From Squalus acanthias (taxonomy: Eukaryota): 64,000 nucleotides of DNA. Positions 13,082 through 26,097 of the stretch are shown here, piece by piece. Under the pieces are notes generated by a model. It searched no databases. It was given only the letters and a program-made list of their open reading frames with translations, and was not told the DNA's origin. Location of the stretch: assembly GCA_030390025.1 (NCBI GenBank), contig JASTWF010000031.1, positions 4,030,001 to 4,094,000 on the forward strand, given 5' to 3'. A program made the position numbers and the translations under genes. Position 1 is the stretch's first letter. The number at the start of each line of letters is the position of its first letter.

Positions 13082-13226
13082 ATAAAAACAGAAAATGCTG
13101 GAGATACTCAGCAGGTCAGGCAGCATCTGTGAAGAGAGAAACAGAGTTAACGTTTCAGGTCGATGACCCTTCGTCAGCATTTTCTGTTTTTATTTCAGAT
13201 TTCCAGCATCTGCAGTATTTTCTTTT
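13082..13226. mobile_element. Penelope-like solo terminal repeat (inverted form) with a minimal hammerhead ribozyme core on the - strand
   Basis: 15-bp TSD TATGCATTAAGAGAA (13067-13081, 13227-13241). The minus strand 13177-13144 reads CTGACGA-A-GGGTC-ATC-GACCT-GAAA-CG-TT-AACTC. Partial inverted duplication plus a ~33-nt tail. Confidence 0.75.
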
Positions 13227-14654
13227 TATGCATTAAGAGAAGGTGGATTATGCAGAAACATCACAGGGCCAAGTGAGTTATTCAATGCCTCCTACAGCCC
13301 ACTTCGAACGACTCCACCTCGCCTCCCTCTCTCTTCCCTCTCTCTCTCTCTCTCTCTCTTCCCCCTCCACCAATCCGCTCATGAAATAATTGTCACAGGC
13401 CACTGCTCTGCAGTGAGTTTTCTGTTTATATCCTAAAAGTACAACATTTGGCCAGGAATGTTATTGATTTATTAATTTATTTTAAATATTTTAAGTGATG
13501 GTGTCGAATTTTCGTGAAATGACTTGCATCGCAGTAGCACTTTTTAAAAACTGTTGCATCTACTAGTGGCCTCTAGAGGGCGATGCACGAGTTTCCTGGG
13601 TCTACTCATCTGCATTCCCATTGGCGCAGGTATTGGTGTTGAACTGGTCTAAATAGCTGAACTACCTGGAAACTACTTTGCAGCCTTTAAGAAGGCTGTT
13701 CAATCTGCACTCTTTAGTGACAGATGGGGGTTCAAACAGGTAGGAGAGCAACAGTGCTTGGCTCTTGCACTTCACTCTAATAACATCACTGCATGTATTA
13801 ACAATATTTTTATTACACTTGTCGAGAATTATGATCACTCGAGCACTATCTGTGCACTGAGGGCAGCAGGGCATGGCATCAAGCCAGAGAAGAAGATGGC
13901 ACAACTTCCTGCATTCAGACCTCCAAGCCCTCCTTGGAGACATTGAAGCAGGACAAACATTCTTGGGTGTGGATGCCACCAAGACACTCAGAATTAACAT
14001 GTGCCACCTGGAGGGCGTTGGCACTTGCAGTGATTGTCATCCCCCTCACCCCCAGAATTGCAGAACAGTGCACTAAAAGTTCCACGTCCTCAACAGGATG
14101 GGAATTTAACACACGTCACACCTCTTCCTTTTCTTCTTTGCCCTCCTTGAGCACCAACATATTCTTCACCTTCTTAAAGCAGCACTTGCTCAACTAGCCC
14201 TTCATAGTGCTCTCTGGGTAAGGGGGGTGGAGGGGCTTCAATGCAGCATCTTGCACTATGGCTACCCAGCTCCTCTCTCAGCAATTGCATATATGTACAA
14301 CCTTAAACCCCCTTCCTCCACTTTAACAGCCTCATACCTCTACATCTCTTACTTCACCTCTCCCCTGCCGCTTGATGCACACTCCTCAACTGTTAGCCAT
14401 ATCTTCATTCACTCTATCTTCTTGCAGTACAAATTGGCACATTATGCCAGCCAGCCAAAGCCAGGCCACTGGAGGGGCATCACCACCTTTAAAACTCTCA
14501 GCCCAGGTTACTGACTGAGCACCTACACCATCGTCCTGGATCCTTGTGAAGATGGACTCAGACAGCGATCTTCCACCCCCTGCCTCTGTAGCCTTACTCC
14601 CAAGGGGGCACTACTCATCCATTCTTATGTTCTTATGAAAGGTGGGTAGAAGCT

Positions 14655-15063
14655 AAGAACATAAGAAATAGGAGCAGGAGTAGGCCATTCGGCCCTTCGA
14701 GCCCGCTCCGCCATTCAATGAGATCATGGCTGATCTTCTGCCTCAATTCCATTCACCGGCCCTATCGCCATATCCCTTGATGCCCTTACTAGTCAGAAAT
14801 CTATCAACTTCTGTTTTGAATATACCCAATGACTGAGCCTCCACAGCCCTCTGGGGTAGAGAATTTCAAAGATTCACCACCCTCTGTGTGAAGAAATTTC
14901 TTCTCGTCTCAATCCTGAATGGCCTACGCTTTATCCTGAGGCTGTGGCCCCTGGTTCTAGACTCCGCAGCCAAGGGAAACATTCTCCCAGCAGCCAAGGG
15001 AAACATTCTCCCAGCATCCACCCTATCAAGCCCTGTAATAATTTTGTATGCTTCAATGAGATG
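14655..15063 (-). mobile_element. CR1 3' fragment with an internal 24-bp tandem duplication (14966-15013)
   Basis: Tail taagaacataagaa at 14655; translation LIEAYKII.GLDRVDAGRMFPLAAGRMFPLAAESRTRGHSL. Confidence 0.9.
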
Positions 15064-15543
15064 CACCACAGCAACGGGCACACAGAAAAAGAAGAATGTT
15101 GCAGTCTCTCTGGACAGCTGCATATGCCAGGCCTCCAGCCAGCCCCCTTATAACACTACACCAGTGGAACATGGGAGGCAACATCACGCTGGCACCTGGC
15201 CCACAGGTGGCACCTAGAAGAAGCGGAAGAGTAGGTGCCCATAGAGAATACCATACCTGAGAAGCACTAATGAAGGGTGGGGGGGCCCCGCGGGGTGGGG
15301 AGCAGGAGGGGGCGCTGGCGGTGTGGGGCCCCGGAAATCTGCTGATGGTCCAACCCTGTGAGAAACAGTCTGAAGCAAGTGCAGGTGTTGGTAGGCAGAA
15401 AAGCACAAAAATACTGCTTTCAAAATTGTTTCCTACCTGCAGAACGAAAAGATCTCCAGCCTCTTCCGTTTCAGGAACTCTTCACATCCACTTTGAACTG
15501 CTGATCCTGACGGCTGCTGCGCCTCACTGAACTGTGTCGAACT

Positions 15544-16264
15544 CAGTGGTTCTCCAACCTTTTTGGTTGAAGGACCCCTTTCCAAATGGATTACTAATCA
15601 CAGACCCCCACCTAAATTATAATACTATATAATACTCCTAATATGAAAGTGCTGCACGTAAAGAGTGATTTAATAATGCTTTTGAGCAAACGGGTATTTA
15701 CTGACAGATATCCATGAGACGGATGTACCTGCTTCTCTCACCAATTCTGGGGACTCCGCAGCAACAGATGGCCACTATTAGCCACTTGGTGCTGGACACT
15801 TTTTAAAGGCGTCAGCAGGCTGGCCAAGGTGAGTGAGGGCACGAGCACCTGTGCACAACCTGGGATGCTGCTGGAAGCCTGGCTCACCGCATACTGTCCC
15901 ACTGGCATGCTCTGTAACAGCTGCACTGTGGGGTTATACACGTTCAGGCACGTGATTGAAGGGCCCCGCGGGTGCTCTGCTTGCGTGTCGGGCGGATGGC
16001 ACAGGATCGCGGCGCCAGGGAGAGGAATCGGCTCGACCGGCAGGGAGCGCTCGTTGCAAAGTGAGTGAGAGCTGTGGGCCTCTGTGAGGAGGCGGGCCCA
16101 GCCGTTGAGAATAGTTCGCAAGGACTGAATCAGTGTCGGTTTTATAAAGAGGAGCAGGCTTGCAATTATCTCTTGGTGCGGACCCCCTGGAAAGGATCTC
16201 TGGACCCCCTGGAAAGGATCTCTGGACCCCCGGGGGTCCGCGGACCCCAGTTTGAGAAACGCCA
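15544..16264. mobile_element. hAT (Charlie-like) MITE
   Basis: Left TIR CAGTGGTTCTCCAAC; imperfect right end GTTTGAGAAACGCCA; 8-bp TSD GTCGAACT/GTCTAACT (1 mismatch); subterminal ggacccc repeats including a 22-bp tandem at ~16180-16230. Confidence 0.7.
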
Positions 16265-16724
16265 GTCTAACTTACCCCAGTGCAGCAGCGCTGCAAATCC
16301 AAGAAATATGGAAGTGAATCGTCACTTTGACACATTCAAATGAGGCCTGGGCGGTTCGGCGGGCCTATCGTGGGCGAGCCGTAGAAGCGCAAGAAAATTT
16401 GGCTTCTACCTGACTGTACTCGTGCAGAAGGTTTCCTATACTGTTCCAGCATGGTGTGGAAAAGACTAGAAATTAGAAGAGCTTTCTTTCCTATGAAGTA
16501 ATGGATATGTGGAACAGGCTCCCAGCCAAAGCAGTTGATGCTGTGTTGATTAACTTCTTCATTAAGGAACTGGGCAGATATCTGGTTGGATACAATATCG
16601 GAGGATACAAGGATAAATATAAACTGAAATCAAATATTCCAGGGACAAACTAGTTCCTGTGCTGCTTGGGGCAAGGGGCAAGTGAAGTTTTTGGAGGACT
16701 GTAGGCCAAGGTTGAGTAGTGGAG

Positions 16725-16823
16725 TTTTGACGAAAGGTCATCGACCTGAAACGGTAACTCTTGTTTCTCTCTCCACAGAGGCTGCCTGACCTGCTGAGTG
16801 TTTCCAGCATTTTCTGTTTTTAT
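16725..16823 (+). mobile_element. Penelope-like solo terminal repeat (direct form) with a degenerate hammerhead motif
   Basis: 13-bp TSD TTGAGTAGTGGAG (16712-16724, 16824-16836). GAGTT-tTGACGA-A-AGGTC-ATC-GACCT-GAAA-CG-gT-AACTC at 16722-16760. The body is homologous to 13082-13177. Confidence 0.75.
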
Positions 16824-18354
16824 TTGAGTAGTGGAGATGTGAGGATGGATAACTTGGGAATTCTGCTTGTTCAGCTTTACACATTAAGGAGCGTTAATGC
16901 ACAATATTTCCTCAGAAAATTAAGTTGATGAGGAATGTTACAATTTGAGCTTTCTCCAGATACCTTCAGCTTGTTTCCAACACACAAAAGTTCCCTTCTA
17001 TAGGCAAGCTCTCGCTTCCCTGCTCACCAAACCATGACATTATGCACACAATATCTAGATGTAACATGCCCAAGGCAAAAATGGACCCCTTTTACCATTG
17101 GTATTACACTGGAAAGAGTATGGGTCAATTCCACAACTCCTGACACCTCTCAAATTAGCAGAAAATAACGTACTGACAATTCATACCAAAAAATAATTTG
17201 TTTTGGATCAGGCAGTAGAATAAGTGCTGTAATAGAATATTTGATTTCTCACCAATACTTTTAAGACTGTTCCAAAACAATAAAAGTCAAAGACTCTTCA
17301 GTAACTTTGAACCAAACTTCTATGATGATGTGGGAGATGAACTTCAGAGTCCCTTATTAGCCTTTGGTCTGTATAGCAATACAGCAAGAAGGAAACTAGC
17401 CAGCAAGGACTCTATCTCGTTATATCTCTCTCTTCCCATTGATCCAGGCTAGCACGAAAGGAAGATAGCAGATGTCATTCATAATTAAAGACCCAGCGAT
17501 CAAATCCGATTTTTACAGGTAACAGTGCAGCCTTTCTGATGGACAGAGTGACAGCTCCCTGAGTGTCTGAGAAACATGACCCCCTGTAAAGACAGGCTTC
17601 CAGATAATGCTTACTGCAAGAAAAACTCAGAGCCAACTTGAATATCAACCTGAGGAATCAATCAAATCATTTATTCTGATGGGAGATTGCCTACAAGCAT
17701 TCTGCATATTAGTCCGCAATATGGATTTCCTGACTTTCCCGAATACAAGAGAAACAAAGATAGGAGAGTATCTCTCCTGGAATGTAATTGCAGTAGCTGT
17801 TTTACAGGTGCTTTCATAATGGCAAGCTACCAAATCCTATTTTATTAAAAAAGTAATGTTTTCTATAATCTCAAACAGTCAGATCTCCAACTTGTCGTCT
17901 ATGACAGGATCTATTGTACATGGCCTGTGGAAGCAGCATGCTTGATGGACTACATGGCCTCCTCTCATTTCATATTTTTCTTTTGTTCTTAAAAAAAAAA
18001 CGGCGTTGCAAGTAGATCTGTGGATGTCAATGTTTATCTCAATAGGGATTTGCTCTTTAAGTAAGTGGCATTGAATGAAAAGAAGAAAAAGGCTGCACTC
18101 CCACATACATTACAGTTTGAAAAAAAAAATTGCCTTGCAAAAATGGTTGACACATGGCAGCATGTTATTTCCACATTAAAAAGTGCTGCCAATGGTATGC
18201 CTCCTCCTGTGCATTTTAGAGTGATCCTGACAGAATGTTTAAATATTAATCTAACTGCTACATTGCTGAAGGGCGTGGGTGTTGGGTTTGGTATTTCCTC
18301 TTGAGTACTGAATGTTCCGTTCAACTTTCGGAATGATCCCATTTTACATTGCAC

Positions 18355-18600
18355 TCATTGGACTCTGAGTCTGAAAAGTTGGTTAACTTTCAGTTGTGTA
18401 GACTCCAGCAGTCGGCACTTCCCCATGCTCAAGCCTAGTGTCCGGCTGACATCACCAAAACATCATCTTAATTGGTTACTCATCTCATTGCTGTTTGTGG
18501 GACCTTGCTGTGCGCACATTGGCTGCCACGTTTGCCTACAAAACAGCAGGGGTCAGAAGTAATTAATTGGCTGTCAAGCAGTTTGGCACGTCCTGAGGAC
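18355..18600 (+). mobile_element. Old DeuSINE-family fragment
   Basis: attgctgtttgtgggaccttgctgtgcgcacattggctgcc matches the body of the SINEs at 34160 and 35010. Confidence 0.6.
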
Positions 18601-19064
18601 AGCACAACACACTTCCACTCATTTAAATTTCTTTAATTTTTAAACTGCAAGTAGGTTCTGCTTTTTTTTAGTGATAGTGAGTCATGATATTGGTTCAGCT
18701 GAAGTAAAAGCAGTAAATACATTGAAAATTAAACTTGAATTTCCACATTTCAAGGCTTGTTATTTTTACCAACCGATGGCCTTAGAGACCAACAAAGGCC
18801 AAGTGATTCATTGGATTCAACGCAGCTTACAGCAGCTGCGGGGAAAGCAAGCTCATCTTAATCTATCCAATATTAATGCAGTAGACAGGCATCGGGTCGG
18901 TACATTTATCTCTCTTGGTTAGCCTTCCATAATAATCTGTTTATTTGTACCCTGTCCAAGTAAACACAGAAAGCATTTACTTGACTGAGCTGGGTGCCAG
19001 AATGATGTGCCGTACTGAAATAAAGGAATGGGAGAGATGGTCAGTCTAGCTGACAAATAAGACT

Positions 19065-19178
19065 AGCAGGGCTATGGGGAAAGAGCAGGGGAGTGGGATT
19101 AATTGGATAGCTCTTTCAAAGAGCCGGCACGGGCATGATGGGCTGAATGGCCTCCTTTTGTGCTGTATGATTCTGTAT
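19065..19178 (+). mobile_element. CR1 3' UTR fragment
   Basis: gggctatgggga...gggctgaatggcctcct...tgtatgattct, the same terminus as other CR1 copies. Confidence 0.75.
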
Positions 19179-21096
19179 CTGTGTCCTATTGTATGCAGTA
19201 AGGATCAAAATGGTGAATCATGTCCAGATCTGGGCTGCTCATTAGAATTTCTTTTTTTTTAATTTAGATAATATTCTAGAAAGTGACTATTGATCTTTCT
19301 ATTGAACCATTGTCTGCACCTTATTTAAACTACGATAAAAGGTGTTCCATTCTGTAATCCTTAAGTGAAACTTATTAGTATACTTATTTCAAGTCTGAGG
19401 TTTGCCGCAGTGTAAGTGCTGCGGGTATTAAATCTGCTTTCATTGGTGTCAATCAAGCTGTGTTGAAGTCCATTGTGATGAGGGAATTCGTGTGATTGAA
19501 CTTCTTCACAGATGTTACATGATCACTGACAACCTTCAGCAGTTAAAAGTGGCTGAGACGACGGATTATGGAGTTATATTTAACATGGATTTATCATTAA
19601 TGTGCAAAGCCTGTTCCTCATCCACACACATTACAGATAATCTGAAGGAAACAAGTCTGTTTTCAGGAAGTGTACAGCTGCATTGCATCACACCAATCTT
19701 GCCCATATGTGATTTATCAACTAAGTAATAATTGCAAGTCAAAGTGCTCTGGAATACCACCTTGTCAAAAGACTGTTTAACATTAGGGAAGTGACCTACA
19801 GGCAACCTACAGAATAAGTTTGGCTATTTTGTTATATCTAATTAATGTATCATTAGTTTTTAACTCCCTAACTAATTAGAATGTTTATAGGCACCATATA
19901 AGTTGTACTTGTTGAATATCTTGCCTCCTCAATTAGAATTTTTTGTTGACTGCTTTCCTTTGTGCCCTGTGTTGACTTATCTTGGATTGCTAACTAATAA
20001 AATTTCACAATTAGTGGGGTAATGTCCCAACTTTGCATTTCTGGTGGGGCGCTGCACTCGCAGATTGGAAATTCTGCCGCTTGCGCACATGATTTTCAAA
20101 CCATTTGGTAATGAAATTTATGTCTTCTAGTTACTGACGCATTAACCAATGAAAATCAACTTTCCTCTTTACCTGTCCTATCAGTGGGAGCATTGCGGAT
20201 TTGTTCTATCCTGCTCTCAGCTGATATCCACACACTAACATGTTTCAATAGGAGGCAAAGGATGGTGATCAGGAACAAGAAGTCTTCCAAGCCAAGGGAT
20301 ATGATGGCCACTTGTAGTGTCCCCAAGGTTGGCCTGGCTGAGAGTAGCTGGTGGGTTTCTCTTCCTAGTCCACATACCACTATCATCAGCTAATGCATTT
20401 ACCCACTGAAATATTGGAGAATACTGTGTTGACCAACTTTGTGTCTATTTTTGTCATGATTGTGCACTGAGTTTTCTGAATCTAGTGCCTAATTTTAGTA
20501 CCAAACAAATAAATGGTTTTACATTACACAATTCAATATACTGAGTTGGAATATAAAGTGGAAAACAATTCCTAGAGAAAAAAAGTAAATCTCCTGAGAT
20601 TGCCTTTCATCGCTTAAAAGTAATCTCAGATCAGTCATTGGTTTTAAGACCTTTCATGTGGTTGCAATACAAAGTCTTGCAAATTGACTGGAATACTTAG
20701 AAACTTCCAATATATAGATACTCGCAGGCTATTTCATTCTGTAGTATGCAGATTGCATGTGCAGCAGCTGATAGCGCCAGGGAATAATTATAAGCATCAA
20801 CATCAGCAGTTTGTTCATATAGAAGTTTCTCTGCACAACAAGTACATTTATAGAAATCTGTGCATCCCACTTTTATACATTATTAAGAAGAAATGTGTCC
20901 TTTCAATGGCTTATTTTCTCATTATTTTTCCTCTCGACCATGTTCTTTTCAAAAATGACACAGACACAAACCTTGTTCAAGTACAATGCTTGAAAGGAAA
21001 TGACTGTACGGGAGAAGGGCTGCAGCCTGACTTAAAGGAACAGAACTGTTAGACTTACTCATTTCACTGGGGAATAAGGCCATTACACGCTTCAAT

Positions 21097-21859
21097 GGCC
21101 TAGAAATTCGATTCGGAGGCTTGCCGCGGGGGTAAGGATCGCGCGCGATATCACCTACCGCGTCTGCTGTTCTCGTTTGCCCCCGCAGGAGCTTCAGGTC
21201 CTGGGCCTCTCCCTAGTGCCGGCGCGCAGTGCTTGCGTGTTCCAGGGGCGCAGTTAGTGCGATGCGACCCCTGGGATCACGTGGGCCATGGAAAGCTAAT
21301 GGCAGCAGACCATCATTCATTCGTAGATTTGACAGGAGACCTGTCAAATCTGTGAATTGAAATCGGCCCCAAAAGAACAGCTAAACCTCAAATAATTTTT
21401 TTTTAAACCATCACATTAATAAAATAACTATAGTTAAATAAATTAACCACTTTAAACAAAAATTTAAATTTTTGAAAAAATTAAAATACTTTTTAAAAGT
21501 TATAAAAATAAACTTACCTTTCTTTAAAGTCTCTAAAAAAGATAAACCTGTTGAAAAAAATTTAAAATTATACTTAATTAACTACTTACCTTGTTCAAAA
21601 GGGGTCTTACGCCTCCTTTTTACTAGCGTAGAATCTTCAATACTTACCCTCGCGTTGAAACCTGAAAAAAAACCTAAGTGTGCTGCGTGCGCGCAGCCTC
21701 TAGTGCGCACGCGGTTCACCTAGGAACCGCCCCCTTCACCATACCGGAAGTGCCGGTTTCCCGCGCATGCGCAGTACATGCAGGAAACTGGCACTTCGGG
21801 AATGAATACGGGTGAGTACGCACTGAGTACTCACCCGAGAACGGCCAAATTTTTGGGCC
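21097..21859. mobile_element. PIF/Harbinger-type MITE
   Basis: TIRs GGCCTAGAAATTCG / CAAATTTTTGGGCC; TSD AAT (21094-21096, 21860-21862); GC-rich ends and AT-rich core. Confidence 0.8.
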
Positions 21860-23583
21860 AATATTTTATTGTGATCGTTTTTTCAGCAAACTTTAATAAG
21901 AAAAAAAATTAAAGTAACTACACTAAACTGAATAATTTAAGTATAATTGCAGTATATTGAAATTGTGACTTTCTATAATCTGAATTTACAAAATAAATTA
22001 CACAACCATGCACCTTAATTAGAATTCATTTCCTAATATTTCTCATTCTTTTGCTACTTTATTTTAAAGTAAAATCAATTGTTTTGTTGCATTTTCATTA
22101 ACAGGTGTACTGACTGATGCATTTGTGTGGGGTGTAAATTTTTAGTGGAATACCCTAATCGTTGTGCTCATTCTGCACCAGACCTAAAATGGCCAGCACT
22201 TAGCCCTAGTGCAAAGGGGATTTCTTTTTACCGTTACTAAATTAGCCCAAACCTACAGACGAGATGATGAAGTGGGTTAGACACTGGACTTTCAACTTTG
22301 GGACCTGGGTTCAAATCAAGCCTGGGCATTAATACAGCACAGACTGGTGGGCTGCCAGACTCCTAGGTTTGATGGACCTTTAAGGGTCCTTCGTGAAATA
22401 GATTGGAAGCCCTCAATCCACCTCCTACAGAATAAAACTATCCCCAATTTGATACATAAATGGTAATCTCTCAGAGAGGCTGCAGAAAGGTGCAGGAATT
22501 GGTTCAGTAGGAGATGTTGCAATGAGGTTCGGGCTGAAGCCCATACTTGGGGCATCTAACTGTGTTGCACCTGACTTAGAAGTGTTTGTTGTTGACACTG
22601 AAACATAAATTTTCTGAGTGTGTACCAGCGGTGAGGAACCTCAGCCGCACTAGTGCGTATTGGCAGATTGCAGGCACACAGCTCGCAATCGAGGTGCTTC
22701 CCTGCCAAGTGGTCAGAAAATGTTCTCTGAGCACCTGAAATGGAAATTAAATAGCACCATTGATACAAAATTCACAAAAAAAAATTATATATTAAAAGCA
22801 ACTGGCAAAACGTTGAGACACATCTGCATTAGCATCTGTGCGAATGTTAGTTTGCAATAACATTTTTATGTCTTTGCAAACTTTCTCCTTGACATTGTGA
22901 CTGCTATTTGAATGATTCTTTAACTTTCTTTAATTGCTTTTATGAGGGGTGCTTCTGTGAGCACAGCTTACAACTCTAGTTTAAATAGGACATTGTTCCT
23001 TGGGGATACGTTTACAGTCCATACATTTACAGCAACAGATTAATAATCCTACATCTCCAACTCTACATGCATCAGTCCTAAAAATGTGATCTAGCAGTGC
23101 TAATGTCACTTCTCCTAATGTTTAACAGGGTAGGCAACTCATGACTGATTAATACTTGCCTGTGGGGCTCTTCCTCGTCTGGGATCCATTTGCTCAATTT
23201 TGATTTTTCATGTAATATTCATTTTTCAGGAATGCCTCATGGAATGTGCATTCTATCACAGGAGCACCAGAAAACCTTTCCATTCCCCCCCACCCCCACC
23301 CTCCCCAATAAAGCAAAATAGGGCAGTGCAAAGAGATCTAGGTCAGTGTTTGAACAGAGCAGCAAGGTGACTGCTGTGGTTCTACAGTGGAGCAATGGGA
23401 GCGTTATTAACCAAAAGTAAAAATAAAACTGCAAATACTAGGAATCCGCAACCGCAATAGCAAATGTTAGAAAGCCTCAGCAGTTCAATCAGCATCTGTG
23501 GAGAGAACAGACCAGTTAACCCTTCATCAGAATTGGGAAAAAATGATAGATGAACAACATAGAAAAGGAAGGGGGAGAGAAAA

Positions 23584-23646
23584 CAGACACACACAGAGAC
23601 ACAGACACAGACACACACACACACACACAGACACAGACACACACAC
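23584..23646. repeat. (CA)n / CAGACA compound microsatellite
   Basis: Direct observation. Confidence 0.9.
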
Positions 23647-23931
23647 AAGGGAGGACGCAAAATGACCTGTAAAGTGCTTAAAAGGAAAAGAAGAAATGTT
23701 AAACGGCTGAAGCGACATTCACGTGTGACAATCTGATGAAGCTCAGGCTGGGTTGTAATTGGAACAATGTGCAGGTGGGGCGGTCTGCACCCTTGGGGAC
23801 AGTCTGCACTTTGGGGGCGACCTGCTTTCTTCTTAAGCTGCTTGTTTCCGTTCCATTTTGCCAGCTTTGCGTGTATCCATTTCAGACCTACCTTACCCCC
23901 CCCCCAATCCCACCGCTGTTCACACATTATT

Positions 23932-24158
23932 AGCCCTGATTTTAACCGAACCGGCCCAGCAGGAACAGGGTGGGTTCGGGTTGGGCGCCCGTTTTACACC
24001 CCGTCCGATTTCACCTGGAGGGTTCGGGTCAGACATGGGTTTAACACCCCACCCGATTTTTCATTGACCAATGGAGAGTAAAATCGGAGGGGATGTAAAA
24101 CCGGTGTCCAACCCCCAACCCCGTTCTCACTGGGGAGGTTTAGGTTAAAAACCGGGCT
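23932..24158. mobile_element. Palindromic MITE (Harbinger-type)
   Basis: Ends AGCCCTGATTTTAACC / GGTTAAAAACCGGGCT; flanks ATT/GTT; internal inverted repeats (gttttacaccccgtccgattt / aaatcggagggatgtaaaac). Confidence 0.65.
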
Positions 24159-24879
24159 GTTGTCTCTGTCTCCATAAATGTCTTTCATTTCTTTTAATAT
24201 TCTTTCGTTTCATGCTATCACTTCAGCCATTTAACCATCTCGTTTGCCTTTTTAGCACTTTATAGGTCATTCGGCTTCCTTTCTGTGGGTGTCTTTCCTT
24301 CTCCTTTCCCTTTGTTCTGTTTCTTTTTTAAATGCCTTTCGGCTGTATTTTTTGTTCCGTTCTGATGAAGGGGTTGAATATGAACCCCGATTATAAAGTG
24401 ACGGAATTGGAGTTATACAAGAATTGCATCTTCTGTCAGACTCTCTTTGTCTTTGGATTTATGCAGATTATCAGCAGCCTGCAGAAGGTTGGGAAGGTAG
24501 AAGCTAGCTGTCGTGGATGATGGAAGGATGCAGGTGATCACTGTCCTTTATAAAGGAGCTCGAAACGATTCCCAACAGCACAATATTTCACTTTAGTCCC
24601 AGTGGTGGATCCTGAGGGGCATTGTTCTCTAGAAGAAATGGCATCCAGTCAATAGCTAGGAATGATACTCCAGGGAGAGGGAACAGATTTGAAGGAATTT
24701 CACAAACACTCGGAGCTGTTTTCCAGAGTATTTGAATGCAACATTGCCATTTGGATTGATAATTGTGTAGCGCACAAGAGAAGGTTATTTATTTAGTCTG
24801 GGCCCAATGGGAGTCCTGAGAGGCATTAAGGTAGGCTGTGGGGAACAATGTCATTGCCATCATGGACTTAATGGAAGAA

Positions 24880-25260
24880 TGACTATACAATATCTTTCCC
24901 ATCTTCAGGACAGCCCAAAGTGCTTCACAGCCACTGAACTACTTTTGAAATGTAGCTACTGTTGTCACATAGGCAAACGTGGTAACCAATTTGCACACAG
25001 CAAGGTCCCACAAACACCAATGAGATGTATAACCAGATAATCTGTTTTGGTGGTGTTGAATGGTGACCAGGACACTAGGCGAACCTCCTGCTCTTCTTCC
25101 AAAAAAAAAAACCTGCACAGATAGACAGAGCCTCCGTACTAACGTCTCGCCTCACACAATGCCCCACTCCCTCATTGTCGGCCAAGATTATCTGTTCAAG
25201 TCGTGGGGTGGGGCTTGAACCATAACCTGCTGATTTAGAGAAAAGTTTGCTGCCACTGTA
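24880..25260 (-). mobile_element. Old DeuSINE copy with a tRNA-like head
   Basis: The reverse complement shows B-box-like GGTTCAAGCCC near 25210-25220 and the gtttgtgggaccttgctgtgtgcaaattgg body. Confidence 0.6.
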
Positions 25261-25939
25261 ACAAATGGACACTCCTTAAAAAAAAAAATAATAATAATAC
25301 ACCAAGATTCAAGCCATGAACAAGCCCAAAATATGTGGCATCATCTGCGGCACCTTGTGATGTCCCCAAACATACATCGGGTGTTACTGAGGGTTCTGGC
25401 AGTGGCATCTTGCTGGAAAGTAATACACATAGGCCGGAACTTTCCTTACCTTGGCGGATCTGGTGTGGCCGGTGTCCAGGGCGGGTCCCGACCCCGCTGC
25501 TGGCTCCATCCCGCTGTACAAAATGAACTTACCTTAATGGGGCCTATTAAGCCCGCCCAGCACGTTACCCGGCCCAATTAGATGGAGCGGGTCTGGTGAC
25601 TTCACTCATGTCACGTTTTAAGCCGGGATCCTTAAAGGGAACCTGGCCACGTTAAATTTTAAGTTTAATCAAACATAGTGGATATTGAACCTTTTACTCT
25701 ACAATAATATAATAAAAGTTATATATGAGTGACAAAGAAATATTTAAATAATATCATTATTTAATATGACTCCATCTACAAATACGATCAAGAACAAAAT
25801 TTAAAAAGTACATTAATTGGGAAGTTATTGGTGCTTTAGTCACAAATTTATAGACTTTTGTATCAGTAGCTGGTACAAATAAAAGATGTGTGTCTATAGG
25901 TAATACATAAAATTAAGCAGATTTTAAATGTAATTTTAA

Positions 25940-26097
25940 AGGGTGGATTTACAATCTTATGCAAGTTCAGCGGAAGAGCTGCAGAAACCCTGACAAACAG
26001 TGTAAGTGGTGTTTATAATGTGTTTCTGGGATTTCTGCAGCTCTTCCGTTGAAGTGAACAATGGACAAGTGAGAGAACCTCCGCAGAAATTCACCCT
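25940..26097. mobile_element. Short hairpin MITE
   Basis: TIRs AGGGTGGATTT / AAATTCACCCT; internal inverted repeat ttcagcggaagagctgcagaaaccc / gggatttctgcagctcttccgttgaa. Confidence 0.7.

Larger units (their letters stand above)
13500..16406 (+). mobile_element. Degraded Harbinger-like element with Myb/SANT-like remnant (13880-14090), interrupted by CR1 and hAT insertions
   Basis: Frameshifted motifs F..SDLQALL and W.ALA.AV......PR..EQC.K; weak TIRs GGTGTCGAATTTTCGTG / CAAGAAAATTTGGCTTC (12/17). Confidence 0.45.
23420..24415. mobile_element. Older Penelope-like inverted terminal-repeat structure with degenerate hammerhead motifs at both ends, interrupted by a MITE
   Basis: The left arm 23420-23535 is homologous to 58025-58117 and ends ...ccttcatcag (CTGATGA on the - strand). 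The right end reads TTCCGT-T-CTGATGA-A-GGGGTT..AACCCC-GAtt...ACGGAA at 24355-24416. Confidence 0.45.

Noticed and set aside
16180-16230. Short direct repeats as a CRISPR-like array
   Set aside because: Only two adjacent units with no spacers; these are hAT subterminal repeats in eukaryotic DNA.
22270-22325. tRNA gene (GGTTCAAATC B-box-like motif)
   Set aside because: No cloverleaf or acceptor stem; more likely a decayed tRNA-derived SINE head.
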